Counted from the stretch's first letter, positions 13,870-27,899 are shown. The stretch is DNA of 64,000 nt from Octopus vulgaris (GCA_951406725.2 OX597815.1:126790001-126854000), one strand, 5' to 3'. The notes: generated by a model from the letters alone, not told the origin. Program-made: numbers and translations.

Positions 13870-14205
13870 GAACTAAAGAAATCACTTTGAACTTGCTAGA
13901 ATAATATTCGGGATGTCTTTATCTCTACTAAGTATAGATGCAAATGTGTTACCTAAGATTAATTTTGAGGATCTGATCAAAGATCTTGCAATTCAAAAAT
14001 GTAGGAAGAAACTTTTCAAATATAAATAAAGTGGAAATATACCAAAATAAACATTATTTTCCCTCTTACTGGTTTGTTTCGCTTTGAAAAGGAAAAATTT
14101 ATTTTATTGTTTGTTATTGTTTCTATTTTGAATTACTTAATCTTTTATCGGAACACCAAAACCTTTTAAGTGCTTAGGGGCTCAATGGGTTTTAATCCAG
14201 TCCTG
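13870..14205 (+). mobile_element. hAT (Tip100-like) transposon 3' fragment
   Basis: SLSLLSIDANVLPKINFEDLIKDLAIQKCRKKLF* resembles the end of the hAT C-terminal dimerisation domain. It terminates in TTAATCCAGTCCTG, similar to a Tip100-type TIR. Confidence 0.65.
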
Positions 14206-14654
14206 CACCCTCCCTTCCAGCACAACTGTTACCATTCCATGTCATAATGTCTGCCAGTGTGCTCTTATTAATTTTCTGCTTGCACAAAGATTTGGTAACA
14301 TTAGCAAAACTGTCAACAAATACTTGGAAGCCCTGTAGAGATATATACATAATAATTATGTGCACTCACGTGTGTATGTGCATGCATGTGTGTGTGTGTG
14401 CACATTTATATGTGTATGCATGTGTTATTGTCCCCTTGTCTTGGCATCAGGCCCAGGTTGCAAAGGGTGTCACCATCATACATGCAGAGTTATTCCTGTG
14501 ATCTTCAGTCAAAACATGTCTGGCTATTGTGTTGTTCATATTCAAAAACTAAGGGAAATATTACCTTTCTTGCAGGAATGGCATCTGACTATAGAAGATC
14601 TTCCTCAATGATTATTGCTTGACCAATGCGACCATGAAAGGAAAGTGGATATTA

Positions 14655-15025
14655 AAATGATGATGGTGATGATGATGCTGACGATGACAATGACGATGAT
14701 GATGGTCATGATGAGAAGAGTAGAAGAGGAGAAGAAAGGAGGAAGAGAAAAGAGGAGAAAGAAGAGTGGAGGAGGAGAACAGAGAAGGAGAGTGGGAGGA
14801 GAGATTGGTGTAGGAAGAGAGTGGGGAAGAGGAGAGTGGTGGTGGGTGAGGAGGAGGAAGAGAAGGAAGAGGAGATGGAGGGGGAGAGTGGTGGAGGACA
14901 GAGAATAGAGGATAGAAGAGGAAAGAGGAGGAGAGAGGAGGAGAAGGAGGCGAGAAGGAGAGAAGATATTGATGACAATGACAATGTTGGCAGATAATTA
15001 TTATGGTGACAGCAATGATGATGAA
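14655..15025. repeat. (GAT)n tail plus purine-rich (GA/GGA) low-complexity tract
   Basis: Directly visible; explains the poly-M/E/R/G pseudo-ORFs. Confidence 0.85.
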
Positions 15026-15544
15026 AATTCATATCTTTAACAATAACAAACTGTGGCTGATGACATAAGATGACTCATAGTCAGGTAAATTTTGAAAATA
15101 TGAAGACAAATATAAGGAAATACATCTTGACATCGTTTTATATTTCCTTAATAAGATAAATCAACTGCTACATATGACACATCAAGACAAAATGAGAGAC
15201 TGGAAAATTGAACTCAAAATGAAGACAGCAACAGCAGAAGTTAATAATGAAATGTGAAGGCTCAAGTAAAATATTTATATAACAGTAATGCTTATATTCA
15301 AGAAGAATATCCATTATCAAAAATAATTATAAGCCAAGTAAAATTTCAGATGCTTAAATAGGACATGTTTAATGTATGTAATTAATGTGCCTTGAGAAGA
15401 CATTGTTCATGAGAACAATTAACATGTCTGTCTGTAAGACACTATGAGACACGCCAATAATTAAGCATTTCTGTAAGAAATTAAACCTTAAGAATAAGGC
15501 ATATCACAGACTCTCTAAAAAGACTAAGTGACTGTGCATGTGTG

Positions 15545-16605
15545 TGTGGGGATGGTGAGTGCAATTAACAGATGAAAAGTAAAAGTTGGTCTTCCACTCA
15601 ACTGTGCTCCACACATAATAATCAAGGGGGTTGCAGTCTGGGGACTTAGGTGGCCAGATATTAGGGTGATGTGGTCACAGAAATTGTCTGACCCTCATGA
15701 CTAGGTTCTCCTGCTTGTGTGGCATGGTGCAGATTCTTGTTGCTAGACATAGAGTCTTCTAGCAGCCACCCTCTTGACCCAGGGCAGCATTACCTCTTCC
15801 AGGCACTTGATGTAGGCCCCCAGTGTTGTGTCTGAGACTGTGTGGGAAAATGAATGGAGAGATAACGTTGCCATCACTAGTGATCACTCCAAACACCATG
15901 ATGTTGACTGGATGTTTGATTTTTATCACTCTTGGTACATGTTTTGGAGACACGGCAAGCCAACGGTTATTCTATGGGTTCACCATCTGATCCTTGCAGA
16001 AACTTTTTCGTCTGAGAAAAACCAAAGCATATTCAGTTAGAGTGGATGCTTGATTTTGTTCAAAAGCTTTATAGCACAGTCTTTCCTCTTGTCCTTGATG
16101 GCTTGGGATAAAAATTGGTCCTTTGTCATCTTGTGTGAGGAATACCAAATGTTTTCATGTACAACCTACCTAGTAAGAAACTCAGGCACTCCCATCTCCC
16201 TGGCAATGGATGTGATTGACTTGGAGGGATTGTTGTTAATCATGGCTTGGATCTCACCAACAAATTCAGGAGTTCTTTTCTTATCAGAACTATCAGAGAG
16301 AGTTTTCCAAGTTGCCGTACCTTCATAATTACCATTAGACTAACCTAACTCTTTTTGAATCCACTGCACTGTTCTCAGATTGACCCCCAAACTCAGAAAT
16401 GTTTGTATTGGAGCTTCTGGCATGAATGCCAAGGAGTAAAGCATGTCATTTCCAAATTTTTGGCAGAGTGAATTGCATCATGGTGCTGTTTCTCTCACAT
16501 ACAGAGCTCAACCGACCCAACTATACTGTGTAGTTGACAAAATCAAAAACAAACAATGTGCATGCACAAAATTAAAAATATGAAATGGTGACAATTGCAC
16601 TCTGT
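15545..16605 (-). mobile_element. Tc1/mariner superfamily, maT (DD37D)-like transposon remnant
   Basis: Minus strand gives KHPVNIMVFGVITSDGNVISPFIFP and IWPPKSPDCNPLDYYVW (about 15610..15660), plus HTH-region pieces around 16150..16260. Confidence 0.75.
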
Positions 16606-16610
16606 GTATG

Positions 16611-16667
<57 letters not shown>

Positions 16668-16671
16668 ACAG

Positions 16672-18047
16672 AGGAAAGGTTTAGAATTGATGGGCCTTAG
16701 AGTCAATCTAGCAAAATCCAAAGTCTTGATAAGCAGGAAGGCAAACAAATCGCAAATCCTTTCAGGTAGATGGCCCTGTTCGATCTGTTGAAAAGACACG
16801 GGAAGAAACTCCATAAGATGTACTTGGTGTAGGCTATGGACATATAAGAGGTGCAGCAATATCAAAGGAAGTTTAATTGGGAAGATAGATTTTGTATGCG
16901 GCTAATGCTCAGGGGCAATAAACACTGAAAATGTGTGGAAAACAGCTTCCATCACATGCCAGGGGGAAAATCTATAAGTAGTTGATAGCTTTCATTACCT
17001 AGGTGACCAAGTCAGTGGCGGGGGTGAATGATCTGAGAGTGTAACTGATAGAATAAGAATAGCCTGTGAAAAGTTCTGAGAGCTCCTACTTCTGCTGGTG
17101 AAGAAGGGCCTCTCACTCAGAGTAAAAGATAGACTGTGTGTGAGAACAGCCATGGCAGTGAAACATGGATCTTGACTGCTGAGGACATGAGTAAGCGTGC
17201 AAGGAATGAAGCTTGTATGCTCAGCTGGATGTGCAATATCATTGTGCATACACAATAGAGAGTAAGCACCCTGAGAGTAAAGTTGGACATAAGAAACATC
17301 AGATGTAGTGTGCCAGAGAGAGATGACAGTGCTAGTATGATATGTATTGTGCATGGATGAGGACAGCTGTGTGAAAAAGTATCACACCCACGCAGTAGAG
17401 GGTACCTGTGGAAAAGGTAGACCCAGGAAGACCTGGGATGAGGTAGTGAAGAACGACCTTCAAATGTTGGGATTCACCAAGGTGATGACAAGTGATCAAG
17501 ACCTTTGGAGATATGCTGTACTTGAGAAGACCCAGTAAGTCAAGTGAGACCGTAACCGTGGCCTATGCCAGTGCAGCATAACCAGCCCATTTAAGAGTAT
17601 CCTTCAATCATTGGGCAATAAACTGCACTTGCAAAGATTTGTTGAGTCAAGTGAAGTTATTGTCATGGCCGATGACAGTAGCACCTGATTGGCACCCATG
17701 CTGGTGGCACATAAAAAGCACCATTTGAGTGTGATCATTGCCAGTGCCGCCTGACTGGCTCCTGTTCCAGTGGCACGTAAAAAACACCATTCAAGCGTGA
17801 TCGTCACCAGTGCTGCCTGACTGACTCTCATGCTGGTAGCACATGAAAAGCACTGGAGTGGTTGGCATTAGGAAGGGCATCACGCTGTAGAAACTTTGCA
17901 AGATCAGATCGGAGCCTTGTGCAGCTTTCTGGCATGTCAGCCCTCAGTCAAACCATCTAACCCATGCCAGTATGGAAAGCAGACGTTAAATGATAACGAC
18001 GACGACGACGACGACGACGACGATGATGATGATGATGATGATGATGA
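16672..18047 (+). mobile_element. 5'-truncated RTE-clade LINE (RT 3' half with embedded PHD-like finger, 3' UTR, (GAT)n tail)
   Basis: GLRVNLAKSKV...WPCSIC...CTWC...KRC...VCG*C...VVDSFHYLG...GRPRKTWDEVVKND, with multiple stops; homologous to 45880..47880. Confidence 0.85.
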
Positions 18048-18453
18048 TATATATATATATATATATAAGCATGTTGAAACCTGATAAGGAAGTTTAGCTT
18101 TCTTTCATTTGTTTTGAAATAATTTTATACCTTGAAATTCAAATGGCCATGGACAAATAAGGTAATATTTTAAAAATTATTCATATTTTTTCGTAAATAT
18201 GGAGAGATAGTTCTGAGGATGGTCATACTTGACAAATTCAATTTGAATTAATTTTTTAAAAGTTAATTTATTTAATTTGTAAGTTAAACCCAAAACTATT
18301 GTACACAGTTAACTCACAGTAATCTTTAAAAAAAATCATTCTGTTCGTTTCACCTGCTGACAGCTTTTTTTCATATCACAGTGAATTATAGATGTTTCAT
18401 TAAAGTATCTACTTTTTCAACATGCAAGGAAATAGTCGTTTCTATCTCCTTCT

Positions 18454-18513
<60 letters not shown>

Positions 18514-19989
18514 TGATATATGTATCGATATAGATATAAATATTGATCATCATTATCATCAGTGAAGGCCTGTTTCCCAAGTTGGCCTGGTTTATATATA
18601 TGTATATGTACATGTGTGTGTATGTGTATACACATGCATGTCTGTATGCATGGCTGTGCAAATGGAAGCATTGAGCAAGAAATGTTGACATAATGTTGAT
18701 GTACCCAGTTGACAAATAATCCCCCAACCATAGCTTTTGAAAGATTGGTGGAATAAAAGACATTCCCTTGCTTGAAATACAGAAAATATTTAACAGTACA
18801 AAGGACTCCAGCTATAAGATAATGCTTCAATACATATCAATACAACCCATGTAAAATGACCAAAGAAATATACCTGTGAAAACATCAGAGAAGACACAAG
18901 TTTTATGTAAGTTAGATGAACATACTCATATATCTAATTTAGGCTATTCCATACTTCAAATGACAATGAGAATATAAAACTACTTAGCCACATAGTAAAA
19001 CAAATATATTCAATATAATTTCTTGCCCTCTTTCACATGTTTTTCAAATAACAAAGGTTCTCTACCTGGCCATTGGTAACAATATTCTTACTAGCTGTAA
19101 GAATATTGTACAAGTAATGCAGAAGTCATCCACTATGTGAAAGTGTCTTTTACAAGATTCTTTGACTAGGTCTTGTAGTATAGTTCACTGACTTAAATTA
19201 ACAAATGCATTGCACAAAGGAACATATAGCAAAGTGTGTTCATGAGAAATATAATCCATTCAATTAAATATGAATATTTACAAGATACATTTTGAAATTT
19301 AAAAGAATTACTTTTAAATTTATTTTCAAAGCATAATGAATGAACTCCTTCTGCTGCACCCACTTCATTAAAATTTTCAGTTTTTGCTTTGCTTTTCAAA
19401 TTCTACATTAACCCAAAATAGTGTAAAATTGCCTGCATTATTCCTTTGTTCAAAACAATTGATCACACATTGCTTGTCAATTACTGTCCAGTCAGTCTCA
19501 CTGACTGTGTCACCAAACTGATGTTGTCCTGTATCAGAGAGGCACTTTGGAATTTCTGAAACTCTCGTAACTGTGGCCAACTCAGATGGTGGCTCATGGA
19601 TGGCCTGTTATCTATTTTGACTCCAGCATAGGCTTCAATTTTGTGCCACTCAAATGACTAATGGTGAACCTTCTGCAAAGGATATGACAGTCAATATTTC
19701 TATCTGGTTGAACTCATTCTCAAATAAAAAGTAGTCATGATACTAGGACATTCTGCACTTTATGCAATGATTGATCTCACTGGGATTTGTTCTTCATTCC
19801 TTGTAATTTTTTGCAAGCATTAATAAACTAAATATCAACTTGAAGCATGTATGTTACTGTCTTAAAATACACAGATGGTATCAAGGTGAACTTTGAGAAA
19901 AAAGAACAGATACTATACATTATAGATCTTTCCTCTAATCTGATCTCAACAAAATACAACAATGAATTTCTGACAGATAACTCAAGCTG

Positions 19990-20880
19990 GCTGTAGACAA
20001 GTGCACCACTATATATTTTCAAGGAAAAGACCCAGAATTTACCAAATCCCCTTACAACATCAAACTTAAGTCTGCTGGTAAACATGACCTAACCGCTATT
20101 GTCAATAATGATCCTCATTAAATGAATCACATTTCTAAAAATCATCAAAAAGACCAAATGTGTATCTAAGCATCATGCAGTATGACATTTATCAGCAATT
20201 CACCAGCTATTTATTTAAAGCTACATACTATAACTATGGTACATCCACATTTGCAGACTGTATCTCCAGTCTGGTATCACCATCTTTCTTGTCTAGGGTA
20301 TCAGTCTACTGGAAGCAGTTCATAGACATGCAACCAGATGAATACCCTCAGTCAGTCACTTTTCTTGAATATATTGCTTTTCTGGATATCAAAACACTAA
20401 AGTTTTGATGTCCAGCAGCTGACTTGGTAGAAGCTCATGTCATACTCCCCCATCTTTCCAACAACAGATGTGGCCACCTTTCTGAATTCAGTATCTTTAC
20501 TATGCAGAGATATGCTTATAAAATCAAAAACAGCACAGCACCCATAACAATTGGCATCATTTCTTATGTTCATAATTGTCAAAGCATGGAATAAACTACT
20601 TACAACAATTGTTAGCTGTCAGAACAGCTTCCCAAAATTCAGCATGTTTCCCATGCTTCTCAAAATTCAATAGCTTTACTCCTGATATGCCTGACATACT
20701 TTTCTTTCTATGGCTCTTTTACTGTTCAATTTTCTGTCTTTTTGTGTTTTACTCTGGATACTGTGCATATACTCCTAGCTTTCTCTGTTGCCTGTTTTTT
20801 ACTTGACTTATGACTGCTTTCTATCTCTTCTTTTAACCTTTTCCAATAAGCTACAGTGCACCCAAGCATTGTTACAATAA

Positions 20881-20926
<46 letters not shown>
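19990..20926 (+). mobile_element. Decayed CR1-type LINE 3' portion with (ATT)n tail
   Basis: Pieces YYNYGTS/MVHPHL..SPVW, LLEAVHRHATR, AADLVEAH and IVKAWNKL; the 3' end matches the stub at 56105..56476. Confidence 0.65.
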
Positions 20927-21456
20927 GAGTGAGAGAGCAGTGCAATCCATCAAAGTGACACTGGGGTAAAATATACGAAGCCCAGCATACCCATCATGAC
21001 TACCCGTCTGATAAAGGTACACCAGGCACATGCATCACAACCATATATGCGCGACATGGTGATCTCATATCAAGATAAACAGCACATGACCTTGAAGGTG
21101 GGGCCCAGTTAAAATTTTCTTCAGGTCGAGTAGCCCATCCTGCTCAAAAGGTCCCTGAATAAGGGTTGCTTTAGGATGTTGAACGAAACACCTATGTTTC
21201 CAGAGGTGAATTATTCAAACTCCAAAGAATCCCTCTCAACACATGGCTATGATGCTCCCCCACTACTTCTGCTCGTGATCAGAGATGCACGTATTGTCAG
21301 CCACTAAGGGACATGCTCAACTGGTTAAGGTCAAACAACTGACAAGCAAATCTGTGGTATTGAGCAGAATATTTGCTGTAGCCCATCTTTTATACCAAGA
21401 CAAAACAATGTACACGATGACACTTCCAATCAGTTAAGATCAGAAGCCATGAGAGC
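20927..21456. mobile_element. 530-bp non-coding interspersed element inside an (ATT)n tract
   Basis: Sharp-edged, more GC-rich block bounded on both sides by (ATT)n; no convincing ORF. Confidence 0.55.
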
Positions 21457-21504
21457 ATTATTATTATTATCATCATTGTTATTATTATCATTATTATTAT
21501 CATT

Positions 21505-21622
21505 ACTTTTGCACAGCTTCTAATGCTGCAGATGTATTACAGTGTCAGCTGTTCACTACCAGTTAACTAAGGTAACACCTTTTAATTTTTGAGCACCTTC
21601 CGGAGTATTCGAATGGTTCCAA
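21505..21622 (-). mobile_element. Extreme 3' stub of an R4/Dong LINE in (TAA)n
   Basis: Minus strand reads GTIRILRKVLKN* followed by a short UTR; flanked by (ATT)n. Confidence 0.6.
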
Positions 21623-21662
<40 letters not shown>

Positions 21663-21842
21663 TGCTTGTCACTCTGTAAGTTAGCACATAGCTGAATTAT
21701 TAGCACACCAAACAAAATACTTCATGACATTTTATCTGGTTTTACATTCTGAGTTCAAATTCTGCAGAGTTTAACTTTAGTTTTCATTCTTTCAGGTTGA
21801 TGTACATACATACATACACACATACATATATACATACGTGCT

Positions 21843-21882
<40 letters not shown>

Positions 21883-21896
21883 ATTATATATGTATA

Positions 21897-22404
21897 CTAG
21901 CAGTATTGCCCGGCTTTGCAAAATGGTCACATTTAATTCAAAGCATTAAAAATGTTATGAAAACAATTGGTATGTGTTCACAAAGTCCAAACAATTAATA
22001 CGAAAAAACCCTCCAGGCTACATCCCGAAAATTCATTTCTTTGCCAAATTTCTACAATGTTTACGGCGATTCGTTTTTATATCTTGATTTTTTATTTTTC
22101 ATGCAATTTACACATGCTTGCACGCATGGTGAACACAGTTCACGTCAAACAGCTGACTGAGTAAAGTTCACTATTCAATGCATGGGATATGGCCTAAACA
22201 AACACATTATCGATTTTTGCACTTGTGAGATGAATTTCGGAACAGAAATAGCGCAGTTCAATTTTCATTCGCCTAAACTTTAAGTGACCCATTTTTGGTG
22301 GTTCTACGATTTGTTGACTAGGAGGAGATGTGCCAGGAAGTTAACACACAGACACATACACAGATACACACACAGACACACAAGTTGAGTTTTATATATA
22401 TAGA
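21897..22404 (-). mobile_element. Non-autonomous Helitron
   Basis: Minus strand starts TCTATATATATAAAA and ends GCCGGGCAATACTGCTAG; inserted between A and T with no TSD. Confidence 0.75.
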
Positions 22405-23069
22405 TTTATTAAACCATACAAATTAAATATGTTTGAGAGAAGGAGAACTGAATTTCATTATGTGAAATAAGTATTCTGCTTTACCCCCAGCTAGTTGGTT
22501 CCCTGATAACTTTATTATCTTCATATAGTATTTTTAATAGGAAATTACTTTGCTAGAGTTTCTCTTTCTCCAAACTGTATTTTCTTTAGGAAGACTTGGT
22601 CATTTGACTGCTAGTAAATACAATACTTGTCAACTGTATAGTACTGAAAAGACTTATAGTAACAATATGTTTTTCTCCTACACAGTATAATATTTGTGAC
22701 AGTAAAAGAACCACTAATCTCAAAACTGGTTGTCTGGTTACCAAGCAACTTCGCTGCTATGCCCATGATTTATATATCACCATTATCATCATTATCATCA
22801 TTGTTGTTGCTGTCTCATCATCATCATTGTCATTATCATTTAACATGCTGGTTTGACAGGATCCTATGACCTCCAAGGACTGCATCAAGCTCCAGTGTCT
22901 GCTTTGGCATGGCTTCTGTGGCTGGGTGCCCTTCCTAACACCAACCACTTTACAGAGTGTACTCAATGTTTTTCTTGCGCCACCAGTACTAGTGAGGTTA
23001 TCATGCCAGATGAGGAATAAAATTATAAGAGAAGGGGCTTAAACAGAACATGTTTCTTACTAACAACTG

Positions 23070-23390
23070 ACACTCAATTGAGTACAACAATTAGGGTTCC
23101 AGTTGATCCAATCAACAGAATAGCCTGCTCATGAAATTAATGTGCAAGTGGCTGAGCACTCCACAGAAATGCATACCTTTAACATAGTCTTTGGGGAGAT
23201 TCAGTGTGACACAGAATGGGAAAAGACTGGCCCTTTGAATTACATGTACAACTTATTTTTGCCAGCCGAGTGAACTACAGCAATAAGAAAAAAAAAGTGT
23301 CTTGTTCAAAGACACAAGATGTTGCTGGATATCAAACTCATGACTTTATGATCTGAAGCCGAATACCCTAACCAGTAAGCTACATATGTA
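23070..23390 (-). mobile_element. tRNA-derived SINE, family C
   Basis: Reverse-complement homolog of 4785..5105. Confidence 0.65.
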
Positions 23391-24002
23391 CTTGAAGCAC
23401 TATACAGCCATTCACATTTTAAAAGAGAGACTGGGAGAGATCAGATGGAGCTGAAAAGTGACAAAAATGGAATGGATGATGTGTCAGGGTCAACCCTCAA
23501 GGTATGAGGAGGGCAGAAATGAATGGGGCAGAGGGTCCAGGAGTGTGGGTGGGAAGAAGTGAGGAGGTTGCACAAGAATATGGGTGAAATGAAAGGGATA
23601 AGAGATGACTAACAGTCTGGTGCAGCAGAATAATAATGATGATACAGTAGAGAGGAGATGGATGAGAAAAAGAGATGACAAGATGCTAGATTGGCAGCCA
23701 ATCTTTTAGTTGAGTCAAAAAAGTTTGTTTCCATTGTGTTTTTCCATTGCTTATACAACTCCTGACAGAAATATCACTATCATTTGTTCAGATGATAGAA
23801 GATAGGATTTTAAGTTGGAACACATAAAGGCAGAACAGATCCTATAAAGCAGAGGTCCCAAATCATTGGGCAGGGAACCAATACCAGTACCAGGGCTGTG
23901 GATCATTTGATACCAGGCGAGACAGAAAGAATAACTTTTTAAATCTTATTTCTATTTTGTTGGCTCAAAGTCTGCAGGGTGTTTTTGCCTTTTATTTATT
24001 TA

Positions 24003-24433
24003 CTAGCTAGCCCCATGCTGTCAAAAACGATGGCTAATTATAGTATTTTATATATAAATATGGATGGTAAACCAAATTAATACACTTGTCAATGTTATCT
24101 AGAGGTTGTCTTTTGAGATGTGACATCAATCATCGTTTGTTACTGAAAGAACGCTGGTTCACACATACAAACATTCACATACTTCCCTTGTACACGCACA
24201 CATATACACATATATACTCACACAGAGTTGAAACTCTGTTTAATCTTTCTTTTCAGCATTGAATGTTCACCATCCCACTTCTGTTGCACACACACACACA
24301 CACACACACACAAACATTCACATACCTCCCTTTTACATACACACACATATACTCACACCAGGTTGCCATCGCCCCTTCCTTTCTCATTCATATTTTGTGA
24401 CACAGAAAAACACAAGAGTATTATTATAGTAGA
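24003..24433 (-). mobile_element. Non-autonomous Helitron (second family)
   Basis: Minus strand starts TCTACTATAATAA and ends CTAG, with a subterminal hairpin CTGTC-AAAAAC-GATGG; A|T insertion site. Confidence 0.65.
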
Positions 24434-24821
24434 TTACATATGTGACATATTTGCTTCACAGCAAAAGTGTTATGGCTGCTCCCCCTAGTGAAGAGGATTG
24501 ATCTGTGAAAGTCCCATGCTGATGCCATGTAAAAAGCACTTGTTCTGGTGCCATATAAAAGCACTTGTGCAGTGCCTCGTAAAAGCACCCAGTGCACTCT
24601 ATAAAGTGACAAGCATTAGGAAAAGCGTCAAGCCGATGAAATTAAGCCAAAACAGGTGATGGAACCTGGTGTAGCCTGCAACCCTTCCAGTTCCTGTCAA
24701 ACCCTCCAACTCATGCCAGCATGGATAACACATGTTAAATGTTAATGATTGACAATAATGATGGTGGTGTTGATGATGATGATGATGATGATGATATATA
24801 TATGTATATGTATATATATAT

Positions 24822-25638
24822 ATGAGCAAAACGCCCCCCCCCCCATTGCCAATGGACGGTGCTAAGTTGTCAAACATTTAAACCAAATTTTCTCAAAACA
24901 ACTTGTCCAACCGTCCCATAGGCCTCCCCTTTGAGAAACACTGATTTAACCTAAATTTGAGACACCAGCAAAAGAAGAAATAAAGATAGACTTCTTTCTA
25001 TTCCAAAGGAAAACGATTTTATTCACACAAATATGCAACCAAAGAGTTTAAAGTACCAGTAATGATAAGACTGTTGACTGGGAGAACACAAACACGGTAA
25101 ATCATTTATTAGCAAGAAAATAGTATTTTCTTCCTTGAATAAAAAGCAATCAGTGTTTTCTTTTCATTAAAAAATAATTAAGCATGCCTATATTTCAATA
25201 AATTTTTTGGTTTTGTTAAATGAAGTTAAGGCAAAAAAAATTTCTTAAGAAACCAAATAGACTTTCCTTCCTTCATGCCAAGTTTGAAGAAAATATCACT
25301 TTTGCATCTTACTTTTTTGGTCTCTTAAATATACTAAGTTTTGTGGCATTATTTCAGGCCAGCCAGCATTTTTGCGCAAACTGCACATGCATTTTTCTTG
25401 CATATGCATAGTATCAATCACAAAAGCTGATGTACTTGCATGTACAAATGCACATTCCCATGGCTTTATCGATCACATTCTCACCTGGAATCGATTTTTG
25501 TAATTTTTTCAAGACTTATACATGCCCTCATACCATCGGTATCTACATATCAAATTTGAGCGCAATCGGATGGAGGATGCCCGAGATCCTAGAAGACACA
25601 CACACAAACAAACAGAATGGATTTTATATAATAAAGAT
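24822..25638 (-). mobile_element. Probable non-autonomous Helitron-like element
   Basis: Right end ...ACACACAAACAAAC...TTTTATATAATAAAGAT resembles the Helitron 5' end seen at 22404; the left (3') terminus is degenerate. Confidence 0.4.
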
Positions 25639-25769
25639 ATATATATATAGATATATATATATATATAAGCACTGATAACAAATACATACATACAAACATT
25701 ATAATAAAGACACAGACACAAATGGCAATAATGTTGAAGAATAACACAATGATGATAGACAATAATGAA

Positions 25770-25805
<36 letters not shown>

Positions 25806-26404
25806 AGCAATAATGACAGAATCAATTGCCATGATAGAAACACAGACCATGATTGCAATATATATATATATATACAGGCAGTAAAGATGCTGATGATAAT
25901 AATAAATGTAAGATGAGACAGTGGTGACATTACTACTTCATTTGTCTCTCCTTTGTATCTCTTCCATAACTTAGGTTTGTCATTGTCAGCAATAACTTCT
26001 ATCTTCTACTTATGTAATTAGAGATAAAGAGAAACTATTTCTAACAATGAATGAATCTTCAATTAATCACTAACATTTTCTTATTTTCATTCTTTCTCAC
26101 TCCGCTTCTCTGATATTAACTGTCACAAAAGGTTAATTTATTCAAATGAGTTTTTTGATTTCGGTTCGATAGTTTATTAGCAGAGGTAATATCTAAGTCA
26201 CTAGCTAAATTATAATATTCTCAGTATCCACTTTCCCTTTTATTATCCTTCACATCCTCACTCTTCTATCCTTCAGCTTCTCATTTCTTCTTCTTATCCT
26301 TATATTTGCTCTCTGTTTGCCTACACATCTATGTATCTTTCGCTCTATCTACCTACAACTCTAACTTTGAGTGTAGACAAATATAAACACACATACAATC
26401 AAAA

Positions 26405-26912
26405 TCAAATTCGCTGATGTGGCTGATGACAGCACCACCTGACTGGCACCTGTGCCAGTGGTTCGTTAAAAGCACCATCCAAGTGTGATCGTTGCCAGGG
26501 CCACTGATTGGCTCTCATGCCAATGGCACATGAAAAGCACCATTTGAGCATGATCGTTACCAGTGTCACCTTACTGGCACTTGTGCTGGTGGCATGTGAA
26601 AAACAACATTCAATCGAGGTCATTGCCAGTGCCGCTGGACTGGCTCCTATGCAGGTGGCACATAAAAAAACACCATTTGAGTGTGGCCGTCACCAGTGTT
26701 GCCTGACTGGCCCTCAGGCCGGTGGCACACAAAAGCACCCACTACACTCTCGGAGTGGTTGGTGTTAGGAAGGGCATCTAGCTGTAGAAACTCAGCCAAT
26801 TCAGATTGGAGCCCAATGCAGCAATCTGGCTCACCAGTCCTCAGTCAAACCGTTCAACACATGCCAGCATGGAAAACAGACGTTAAACGATGATGATGAT
26901 GATGATAATGAT
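26405..26912 (+). mobile_element. RTE 3' UTR fragment with about five tandem ~64-bp units and (GAT)n tail
   Basis: Repeated CCAGTGCCGCCTGACTGGCTCCTGTGCCGGTGGCAC.TAAAAAGCACCATTTGAGTGTGATCGTTG-like unit; about three units in the copy at 17660..17850. Confidence 0.8.
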
Positions 26913-27234
26913 ACACTCATCTGCAACTTGATTTTTACATCTATTTTCCATGCTGGAATGGGTAAAATGTTTTGTCAGAATCCAGCAGGACAGACGGCCA
27001 TATCTTACTTTCACGTTTCAGTTTTGGCATGATTTCTATGGGTCAATACTCTCTGTAACTCCTACAACTTTACAAAGTGTACAAACTGCTTTTTCTCATA
27101 GCACCAGCACTAAAGAGGTAGACCTGTAACTTGAAAATATCATTATTATCAGATTTGCATTGTCGTCAGCAGCAGCAACAGCAGAATAATAATAATGATA
27201 ATGATGATGATGATGATGATTATTATTATTATTA

Positions 27235-27296
<62 letters not shown>

Positions 27297-27899
27297 TCTG
27301 AATCTGCTTTTACCTATGCTAGCATAGGCTGAACAAAAATGCACTATAGCAGCGTTCTACATCTGGATGTCCTTCCAGTTAACAACCATTATTTTCCATG
27401 TCATTTTACTGGTGTTCACATGTGAAAACCTCAGGGATACAGGATGTATTGTTTACACAATATTGCCATTTTGCTCAAACAGTGTCATGTTAAGACTGGT
27501 TGCATTGTTCAACCTGAAGCAATAGTAGAAAACATTTACCCAAGGTGTCACATAGTGGGATGGAATCCAAGAGCATATATGAGAACACATAATTATGAAG
27601 AGAACTCCATATTCACACAAACATGCTGAGGCATGGACCTAGCTCTCCACTTTTCATCACACCTGTTGCATTCAATAACCCCACCACCACTTCTGCATCA
27701 AACATTACCCTTAGTCCTTCCTCCACAAGATATCAGCTCATCGGAATCTCCTCCATACTCGTATCTTTCTGGAAGCAACAATTTAAACAGTACATTAACA
27801 ACATCAAGCTCAGTAATATCAGAGGGTATACAAAGGTTTTGGGCATTGTTCCTTCAGACTTAGCAAGTAAAACAAAAGACAATCTACATCAAATTTAAT

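Noticed and set aside
18075-18245. Further hammerhead-like half motifs (also near 5880..5925, 9390, 32950..33065 and 53200)
   Set aside because: Too many core or stem defects to support individually by eye.
19079-19109. 13-bp perfect hairpin ACAATATTCTTAC/GTAAGAATATTGT
   Set aside because: Short, AT-rich and without context; no function can be assigned.
26430-26745. Regularly spaced repeats resembling a CRISPR array
   Set aside because: The units are contiguous tandem copies without unique spacers, inside a eukaryotic RTE 3' UTR, and there are no cas genes.
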